Of a DNA stretch of 64,000 nt, positions 24,511-35,000 are shown piece by piece. Both the position numbers and the translations under genes were made by a program. Each line of letters begins with the position of its first letter. The first letter of the stretch is position 1. The notes beneath the pieces are model-generated. The model saw only the letters and a list, made by a program, of their open reading frames with translations, did no database searches and was not told the origin of the DNA. The stretch lies in assembly GCF_964204645.1 (NCBI RefSeq), contig NC_134031.1, forward strand, positions 17,099,807 to 17,163,806. Direction: 5' to 3'. The DNA comes from Tubulanus polymorphus (Eukaryota; Animalia; Nemertea).

Positions 24511-26275
24511 ATGTCAAATCTCTCAGGAATATTTATGATTTCGTTGATAAGCCTCTTTCATCATAAAGGTAAGTTTAAAGTTCTATTTCTAAACAAGCCA
24601 AATTATCATCCAGAATCCAGAATACAATCTATGGAAATCATTCACAATCAATGGTCATTAACGGTGGTTCAGTTAAGAAGGTTCAGACCACGACTTGTCT
24701 TAGAAAGTGTGTAATTATTTGTTTTATCTAAATTTCTTCATAAAGAAATCGCATCGTTAACCGACGAGGAACGTTGTACGGAAGATTTAACGTCGAGACC
24801 TAGGAATGTTTTGGCCAGGCCAGTTTTGAACCAAAGTGATACCGTTGAACTTAAAATGATGTTTGGTCTCGTTCAAATCATCGAAGTCGTAAGCTAAAAA
24901 TCTACTTAGATATCCTAATTAAATCGAACTATATTTTCTGTCAAATCCATTCGCTAATCAATCTTTTAGAACGAACGAAAGCAAGCTATCACACTAGGAT
25001 CCTACGTAGGAATGGTACGTTGAAAGTGCTTATTCGAACTTCTCTACTGAAAATGCAAAGGGGTCAGAATAATCTAAACATAGAAACCCAACTAACGCCA
25101 GATGTAAATAGTTAAGAGTTCTTGATGATTTCAGAGTTGGACAGATAGAACGTTAACGTGGAATGCTTCTTACTATGGCGGTGTCAAAACTGTGCATATG
25201 TTCTTAAAGGATATTTGGTATCCGGATGTAGTTGTTAGACTCGGGTATGACAGTGATATTGATGAGTGTCAACTAATGATTTATTTTCACCTTACAATAC
25301 ATCCAGATTTGGACGATGATATAATTTCAGAATTCCAATGGCGATTAGTTTACGAGACAGCGATGAAAACACCAGAGTTGTCGCCCATTGCAATGGAACG
25401 GTATTTTGGTGTCCTGCATTTCGGCTGAGTATGAGTACATCCTTTGACATGACGTATTTTCCTTTCGATTCTCACAACGTCACTGTTGAGTTTGAAAGTT
25501 GGACTTATAGCGCAGAAGAACTGAAGATGGTCGCCATGTACGATCAAGTGGAAACATCTTTGTTTGTCGCTAGTGAAGAATGGAAGCTTGTTAAGACGTA
25601 CACATACGAGACCGCATTAGCCATTTTTCCCTATCCGCGATGGGGAAGGTTTAGAGCGACATTTCTGATCAGCAGGAAGCCGGCTTATTACGTGATAAAC
25701 ATCGTCATACCACTGATCGCATTTTCCTTGCTGACTCAGATGGTTTTCTTATTGCCACCGGAATCAGGAGAGAAATTATCGTTAAGCGTAACAGTTCTCG
25801 TCACGTGTTCCGTTTTTCACTTGCTTCTCGCCGATCTGATACCCAGAACATCGAACCCACCGATTATAGGTATTTTGTTTAGCAATTCGTTCAAATGGAT
25901 CTCTCATTTACCGGCTCATTAGGTACAGCACGGATTCATGCATATAATCAGACAATTTATTTTATCTTCATTTCAGTTATCTATATTACATTCATGCTGA
26001 TGATGCTGATTTTATCGGTCATTCTCTCCGTCTGCGTTATACGCATTTCCTTCCGGAACAACTATCCCGTCCCTGATTGGTTGCGAAAGTTCGTTGACGT
26101 CATCAGTCGTAAAGCCGAAGATTCCACTGCACCGATGACGATGACCCATTCACGAAACGACGGCCGAGTCTGGATGCGTGTCGCAAAAACTTTGGACAGA
26201 TTAATGTTTATCATATATCTTGGCATCACTTGTTTAGTCACCATTTGCTGTTTCGGAGCATTGATGGTAAAATAG
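24511..26275 (+). CDS. nAChR-like pentameric ligand-gated ion channel subunit lacking the Cys-loop cysteines, paralog A1 (6 exons, 397 aa)
   Basis: Exons 24511-24568, 24746-24888, 24970-25014, 25135-25244, 25331-25869 and 25977-26275 total 1194 nt in frame. Motifs: RPVLNQSD, QIIEVNERKQ, WTDRTLTWN, IWYPD, YFPFD, SWTY, RKPAYY, ESGEK, four TM helices, WMRVAKTLDR. Confidence 0.93.
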
Positions 26276-27249
26276 ATATTGCAGGGAGTAAAACTGGCTC
26301 AATCGTAACTAATCAAAGATTTCAGTTCAATCCTTTTTCGAGTAGAGATAATTCCCAGAATTTTCATGAAATTCCCATCTTCCATCGAGGTAAAGCTTCC
26401 GCGATTGGAGCGGATGGAACATTAAAAATTACGATACACCAGCGTTCTTAACTTGCACTGTTCGGCTATGTAAACAGTAATCAATTAAAAGCTTTAAAGT
26501 AGGTCTACTTGTCACATCTCACTAAAGCCATATCTACATAAACACTCTCGAAAGAGATGAACTCAGGTAAAATGTATTTCGATGAAAGGGTTGATAGTCA
26601 AATCTTATTCATACATTCTCGTATTTTCTGTTTGACCTAAATCGCCCGGTAATACGTTCTTTTCAGTTTGTTAAAATCTCTACCAAAAATCCTATGATGT
26701 GTTTATTTGTAATTATTTTTACGAATAATCTTGTCTTTATTGATATCTATATTCGATCGTGCGTATTTTGAGAAAATTTGTCGATGGAAAATACATGAAA
26801 AAGCAAGGCACTAGAGCAAATTGGATTCACGTACAATCTGTTGATTTGTTAGTTATTTATTAATGATCTGTATAACATTCGTTGTTTTAACCTTATGAAT
26901 TATGTTTGTACGAGTCTCAGAGGACTCGTTTGAATTCTTGCTTGTCTCTCTTAATTGTGTGCGTCTGTCGTTGTCTATAATCCACTCGGTCAGAACATGA
27001 TTGCCGCGGATAATAGAGATGGTTTTGAACGTTGCAAAGGAATCCATCGTCCATACTCTATTTAAATGAAAATATTGTGGTATCGCGTGTTTGTATCAAA
27101 TATTGATTTAGTGTGATGAAATGAGAGTGTAGCAGAAATATATCTTTTAATGTCCACCATCCTTGATCCGACGTCCCTGTAAGTCATAAGTGTAGTTGCC
27201 ATTAGTCACCAGTAGCCAGCAGACGTTAAATCAGAATCATCCAATCACC

Positions 27250-29008
27250 ATGTCAAATCTCTCAGGAATATTTGTGATTTTATGGATTGGTCTCTTTCAT
27301 AAAGGTACGTAAGTTTTAGAGTTATTTCTGAGCAGGCCAAGTTAATCATCCAGAAAATTTCGTTATGGCGAAATCAACCAAAATCAATGATCATTAACGG
27401 GGGTACAACACGACTTGTCTTAAAAATGTGTGATTATATGTTTCACCTGATTTTTTTTATTATTAAGGAATTGCATCGTTAACCGACGAGGAACGTTGTA
27501 CGGAAGATTTAATGTCGAGACCTAGGAATGTTTTGGCCAGACCAGTTTTAAACCAAAGCGATACCTTTGAACTCAAAATGATGTTTGGTCTTGTTCAAAT
27601 CATTGATGTAGTAAGCTAGAAATCTACTCGAATATGATACTTATCTACTTACATTTTGCTATTTTCATTTCATCTGCTAATCAATCTTTCAGAACGAACG
27701 AATGCAAGCTATTACGCTGGGATCCTACGTAGGAATGGTACGTTGGAAATCCTTATTCGCGCCCTTTATTCCAAATGCGAAGGAAGCCAGAACAATCAGT
27801 ACAAATCAAAAACCAAATGCTTTGTTGATAGTTAGGAGTTCTTGCTATTTTCAGAATTGGACAGATAGAACGTTTAAGTGGAATGCTTCCGACTATGGCG
27901 GTGTCAATACGGTGCATATGTTCTTAAAGGATGTTTGGTATCCGGATGTAGTTGTAAGACTCGGGTATGACACAGTGATATTGATGAATGTTTAACTGAT
28001 GATGTATTTTCACCTAATCATACATCGCATTTATGACGATAGTATATAATTTCAGAATTCCAATGGCGATTAGTTTACGAAACAGCGATGAAAGCGCAAG
28101 AGTTGTCGTTTATTCCAACGGTACAGTATTTTGGTATCCTGGACTTCAGCTCAGTATGAGTACATCCTTTGACATGACGTATTTTCCTTTCGATTCTCAC
28201 AACGTCACAGTTGAGTTTGAAAGTTGGACTTATTGCGCAGACGAACTTAAGATGGTCGCCATGTACGATCGAGTGGAAACATCTTTGTTCGTCGCCAGTC
28301 AAGAATGGAAACTTGTTAAGACGTACACATACGGGACAGAATTAGACATACCCCCTTATGCCCGATGGAGTAGGTTTAGAGCGACATTTCTGATCAGCAG
28401 GAAGCCGGCTTATTACGTGATAAACATCGTCATACCGCTGATCGCATTTTCCTTGCTGACTCAGATGGTTTTCTTATTGCCACCGGAATCAGGAGAGAAA
28501 ATATCGTTAAGCGTTACAGTTCTCGTCACGTGTTCCGTTTTTCACTTGATTCTCGCCGATCTGATACCCAGAACATCGAACCCACCGATTTTAGGTATTT
28601 TGTTAGCAATTCGTTCAAATGGATCTCTCAATTACCCGTTATCAAGCTCATTAGGTACAGCAAGGATTCGTGCATGTTACCTAACAATTTTATCGTTCTT
28701 TTTTTCCAGTTATCTATATTACATTTATGCTGATGATGCTGATTTTGTCGGTCATTCTCTCCGTCTGCGTTATACGCATTTCCTTCCGGAAAGACTACCC
28801 CGTCCCTGATTGGTTGCGAAAGTTCGTCGACGTCATCAGTCGTAAAGCCGAAGATTCCACTACACCGATGACGATGACCCATTCACGAAACGACGGCCGA
28901 GTCTGGATGCGTGTCGCGAAAACTTTGGACAGATTAATGTTTATCATTTATCTTGGCGTCACTTGTTTAGTCACCATTTGCTGTTTCGGAGCATTGATGG
29001 TAAAATAG
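27250..29008 (+). CDS. nAChR-like Cys-less pentameric channel subunit, paralog B1
   Basis: Same exon layout and motifs as A1. ATG at 27250, stop at 29008. Confidence 0.92.
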
Positions 29009-29385
29009 ATATTGCGGGGAGTTAAACTGGTTCAATCGTAATGAAATCGTAGACAATGACAGTGACGAGAGACGAGTGTGTGTCTCATCCCCGTCGTTGT
29101 CTATAATGTACCTGCCCGGGTTAAACATCATTACTGCCGTTGATGGAGATAGTGTCGACCATTACAAATAAAACATATCATATCTACTCTATTCAAATGA
29201 ACTGTTGATGGTATTGCGTGTTTGTATCAAATATTAGTTTAATGTGATGAAATGAGCGTACGTGGCAGAAATATAACTTTTAATGTCCACCGTCCTTGAT
29301 CCGACGTTCATGCGGGTCATGGTTTATAGTTGCCATTAGTCACCAGTAAATACATCAGACGTTAAATCAGAACCATCCAATCACC

Positions 29386-31215
29386 ATGTTAAATCTTTCG
29401 GGAATATTTGTGATTTCGTTGATTGGTCTCTTTCATAAAGGTACTAAAGGTAAGTTTTAGATTTATTTCTAAACAGGCCAAGTTATATAATACAGAAAAT
29501 CTTTTTATGGAAATCATCCACAATCACTGGTCATTAAACGGGTGTTCAGATAAATGGTTTATCACGACTTGTCTTAGAAAGTGTGTAATTATTTGTTTTA
29601 TCTGATTTTCGTGATCAAGGAATTGCATCGTTAACCGACGAGGAACGTTGTACGGAAGATTTAACGTCGAGACCTAGGAATGTTTTGGCCAGACCAGTTT
29701 TAAACCAAAGCGATGCCGTTGAGCTCAATATGATTTTTGGTCTTGTTCAAATCATCGAAGTCGTAAGCTAAAAATCCACTAAAATATCCTATTTAGATCT
29801 GCTTACATTTTCTTTTGTCAATTTCATTTTTCAATGTTTTAGAACGAACGAAAGCAAGCTATTACACTGGGATCCTACGTAGGACTGGTACGTTGAGAAT
29901 CCTTATTTGAACTTCTTAATACTGAAAGTGCAAAGGGGTCAGAATAATCTAAACATAGAAACCCAACTAACGCCAGACGTAAATAGTTAAGAATTATTGG
30001 TGATTTCAGAGTTGGACAGATAGAACGTTAACGTGGAATGCTTCCGACTATGGCGGTGTCAAAACTGTGCATATGTTCTTAAAGGATATTTGGTATCCGG
30101 ATATTGTTGTTAAACTCGGGTAAGTCACAGTGATATTGACGAATGTTAAACCGATGATTTATTATCGTCCAAAAAATATCATCTTGTTTTTTGACGATGT
30201 TAAATTTCAGAATTCCAAAGATGATCAGTTTACGAGACAACGATGAAAGCACAAAAGTTATCGTTTATTTCAATGGAACGTTATTTTGGTATCCTGCAGT
30301 TCGGCTCAGTATGAGTACACCCTTTGATATGACGTATTTTCCTTTCGATTCTCACAACGTCACAGTTGAGTTTGAAAGTTGGACTTATAGCGCAGAAGAA
30401 CTTAAGATGGTCGCCATGTACGATCGAGTGGAAACATCTTTGTTCGTTGCCAGTCAAGAATGGAATCTTGTTAAGACGTACGCATACGTGGCTGAATTTA
30501 ACATACCCTCTTATCCTCGATTGGGTAGGTTTAGAGCGACATTTCTGATCAGCAGGAAGCCGGCTTATTACGTGATAAACATCGTCATACCGCTGATCGC
30601 ATTTTCCTTGCTGACGCAGATGGTTTTCTTATTGCCACCGGAATCAGGAGAGAAAATATCGTTAAGCGTAACAGTTCTCGTCACGTGTTCCGTTTTTCAC
30701 TTGCTTCTCGCCGATCTGATACCCAGAACATCGAAACCGCCGATTATAGGTATTTGATTAAGCAATTCGTTCGAATGGATCTCTCAATTACCCGTTATTC
30801 AGTATTCAGCTCTTTTGTTACACACGGCAAAAATTCGAGCATATCATCACACAATTTTATCTTATTCTTTATTTCAGTTATCTATATTACATTTATGCTG
30901 ATGATGCTGATTTTGTCGGTCATTCTCTCCGTCTGCGTTATACGCATTTCCTTCCGGAACGACTATCCCGTCCCTGATTGGTTGCGAAAGTTAGTTGACG
31001 TCATCGGTCGGAATTCCGCCGCTCGCGAGGCTCAAGGTGAAGTTCATGCAGCAGCCAAAGACTCTACTGCACCGATGACGATGACCCATGCACGAAACGA
31101 CGGCCAAGCCTGGATGCGTGTCGCAAAAATGTTGGACAGATTGATGTTCATCATTTATCTTGGCGCAACTTGTTTAGTCACTGCTTGCTGTTTCATAGCA
31201 TTGATGGTAAAATAG
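29386..31215 (+). CDS. nAChR-like Cys-less pentameric channel subunit, paralog C1
   Basis: Same exon layout. The M3-M4 loop is longer (NSAAREAQGEVHAAAKD). Exon 1 has two in-frame donor options 9 nt apart (AAG|GTACTAAAG|GTAAG). Confidence 0.92.
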
Positions 31216-32076
31216 ATTATGGTTGAATGTTGGTTCAATCGTTGTAGGTCAATTATCTATTTGATTCATAATCAAAGATTTATGTTCAATCTTTTCAAAA
31301 TTCGTAAAGTTAAAATTCATAATTCAAATTTCCCATCAAAGTAACGCGACGATTAGTGCGAATGGAACATCGAAATCATGATACTTCAGCGCTTGTTTTG
31401 CTTGCAGTGATCGGTTTTGTAAACAGTAACCATTTGTAAGCTACAAAGTTGGTCTATTCGTTGCATTTCACTAAAGCCATATTTACAGTAACTCTGCAGG
31501 AGTATTTACTTGATTTTTACACAGATTCATACAATGCACGATTCGTATTCAGATCAGCTACCAATTAAGCGACGTAAATATTAATAGTATAGTAATAGTA
31601 CGAGTCGGTATAAACAAATGTCGCATGCCCGAACAGTTGTAACGAATATACCGGAACCCTTCTGCCGATAAGTTCCCTCCCTTCTTCATCATGTTGAAAA
31701 TTCTCTGAACTGTACATATTCCATTCATTATGAGATCAGTGAGTCTCTAAACACTGACATGTCCTGACCCACTACTAGCTTGGTTTCGCGGGCATACGAA
31801 CGCACCACGTCGTGTTTTGAATCTAAAGTAAATGGGGTCTAACTGCAGTTTGGGTCACCTTTCCACTGTGTGGCGCTAGTGTTATTAAAGAATAGTGTTA
31901 TGGTAAGGTTAGGTACTTAACCATTAGGGACGCCTAAACTGTAGCCGTTAATGGAAAAACTCCAAGCCACACTGACAGGACAAAACTGCATTCACTCCAA
32001 AAACTTTTCGATTAAATGTACTTTGAGTGTACTCGGCCTTGGCACTGTCTTTCTATACTTCCGTTTCTCTTTCTAG

Positions 32077-35000
32077 CTCAAGCGATTTCGTAAAACTAAA
32101 TCCGGTCAAAAACCTGCTGAAGACACGCCTCCTAAATCCCACAAGAAACGATCGGATACTGTTATTGAAAATGATATCAAAGACGTAAGATTAGTAGAGT
32201 AGGCTACACTTCATAAATCCCAATGCAGGCGACGCGGGGATAAGGCGCAAACGGGAGACGGAAACATGTTTCCGAGCGTTACCGAGAAACACAGTTTTGG
32301 GCATTACGTTTCTGAGACCAAACATTTGTTTCCGTGTTTCTGTGATTCCCTGCGTCGTCGCGTGCATTGGGCTTAAATCATACCTGAGATAAGCTGAGCT
32401 TTGTCTTAATCTTAATGAATGTACAACTGGATTCTTACCGTTGTCTTACCTTCTTTCCATCCTCTACGTCTCGTGGTTTCTATGTAAAACATGTCTTTCT
32501 GTTAACTATAAATTCTAACTTCGTACGAAAGATTTTTCGACTTTCTACATCGATCAGTCATCATTCACATTTGATCGCGGGTCATTCTTCTCCGCTCCAT
32601 TTATTCGATTTCAGTCCTAGTTGATTACTTATTACTCATTTTCAGATTGTCGTTGAAAATCACCTCGATGTGAATCATATTAGCGATGAGGTCGAAGAAA
32701 AAAATAAACTAAACAGGTAGGGTCTAGTCCGTTGGCCATCCAGAAAAGATTTGATTACCAACAGAAAAGGGTACTTATTCAAAAAGAAAATGGCACCGAA
32801 AACTAAGCATGCTCTATTAATCTCCATTCCTTTACTGACACAGCTGAACTTTCTGGGATATACGTTATTTCCGATGAATGGCACAAAAGTGGGTGGGAAA
32901 CAATTCGGGATTGATTTTGAAAAAGCATTCGGACACGCCCCTTGACCCAGGTCCACAGTTGTTGAGTTAAATAAGTTTTGACTAGCATGGCCCATTGCTG
33001 TTAAAACATTTGCCTTTGATTTGTTTGACCCTAGTGTCTCAAACTTAACTGTGTTACTCAGGTCCTGGTTTGTATCTATGACTATGCCCGTGGGCAAGTT
33101 TGGTCTATTTTGAGGTAATTTTAATCCATCTTTGTTTTCAGGGTAGAAACTACTGATGATGTATTTGAGTCGGGCGTTCTACAGCCGAACAACAGTGTAT
33201 CTCCGCATCGTCACGTTGGTAGTTTACCCGTGAATGGAAACTCTGCAAACCACTCAGCTGATACTGAACTACAAAACCGAAACGATTCGAATCCGAAGTC
33301 AAACGGAGGAACTTTAGTAGAATTAGACTCTAATGTTAGCAATTGTGATAAATCGGTCAATAACTCGCACATTTCCACTGCTGCTGCTGCTAAAACTCCT
33401 CCTAATTCACCGCATCCTGCAGCGGCTAGAGTAACATCTCCTTTTCAAAATCTAGGAAGGTAAGCTCGTGGAAAAAATGTTTCATTTGTAGAAGAACTAG
33501 CAGTTGTAGTTCGGATCTAGGCCCTATGACGAGTAGCTATCTTTAGTGAAATATATACCAGTAATTTTTGGTTGATACTGGTCAGAGTTGCACTAACTAG
33601 TACTGATATACAATTTTTCAGGACTACGCCATCTATTGAGGGAATGCAGCAACTTTCGCGTCAGATAAACGGCTTGTTATCTCAATCATCGTCGTATCTG
33701 AACGGCGGCGACGACGTCGAACCGGATCTGGATAATTCCCTCGCCGAACTCGAGGTAAGTTTGTCGTCCGTCATATTTATGTCATGGCAATTTATGACTG
33801 AAGAAGCCGGTGCTATGCTAGTAAAACTAACTTATCCTGACATAAACCTGACATAAATCTTTTTCTACTTTCTATAAACGCAGTTGGTAAATGTGAGTTT
33901 TTACTTAAAATCTGTAAATGGTTTAAGCTTTTTGGTCGAAGGTGAACTATTGATATGATCTTGAAATTCTCATTCATGGATGTTTATTTATGTTTCGTTT
34001 CTGTTGCAAGCCCCTCGTACAGTCTGTTTGTCCATGTGTCTTTCAGCTTTTTAATAGTCGGTTGATCTTGTTGAAACTTGGGCACAATGTTAGTATGGGG
34101 GTCTAGTTTTTTATTGCAAAGAATGGGCCGAGTGCATCACCTAACGACAGAAGTAGGCACTAAAAACTGTTTTTCGGCGACATGATCTTGAACATGACCT
34201 CGTAACTAAGGAACAGGGCTAAAATTCAAAAAGTTTTCTTGACAAAATTTAGCTACTGGCCCTAGATACAATATATCCAAATTGTAATGGGGACCAATTC
34301 ATGGTAATTTCGGAGTTCAAGCCTGAGCCAAAGATCTGTTGTCGCTTACAGCTAGTCATTCCTGTTTTTTCCAGACCAGAAACAAAGATTTAGCGGCTCA
34401 ACTAGAAAAACATAACCAAACCAATCATCAGTTATCGTTTAGTTGCGAAGAACTGGTAAGAAACTGATTCTGAATTTACAGATGTTCATTCATGTTGTTC
34501 TATGAAATACGTATATGTACTTGAATTGAATTGCCATTTTGTAGACAGGACAGAATGTTAAATTACAAGAGCAGATGATGAAAGAACGTCAACGCTTCGA
34601 GGAACAGTTACGAAAAGAGATTGGAGCTTTGAAAGAACAGTTGCAGGTAAGATTTTCTGATTCTAATTGCTGAGTTTTAAACTTCGGTCAGGGATTTAAT
34701 ATTATCGTAACAACATGGACAGAATATTTCACTAATGATTATGGTGACATTACCAATCAAATCGACATATTTATTGATACCAGTTTTAAGACCATTTTCA
34801 CCCTGTAATAGAATCGTCAAATTGCTAAGAATCATAATTTAAATGTTGTCTATTTGCGAAAAGTACTGAAAATGTTAACCTGTTTGTCTAGGTCCATATC
34901 CAGACGATTGGTATACTAGTAGCTGAGAAATCAGAACTACAATCTTCATTATCTCAATCACAGAAATCTGCTCAACAGAGACTCGGTAAGGGCTGGCTGT

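Larger units (their letters stand above)
5157..31576 (+). repeat. Segmental tandem duplication, copy 1 (26,420 bp)
   Basis: Sequence from AATATTAATAGTATAG (5157) to AATTAAGCGACGTA (31576) recurs at 31577-59654. ORF pairs in the two copies match almost exactly. Confidence 0.97.

Noticed and set aside
28033-28809. ORF-track proteins of the channel genes appearing frameshifted or truncated
   Set aside because: They run through introns. GT-AG splicing restores a continuous frame, so these are not pseudogenes.
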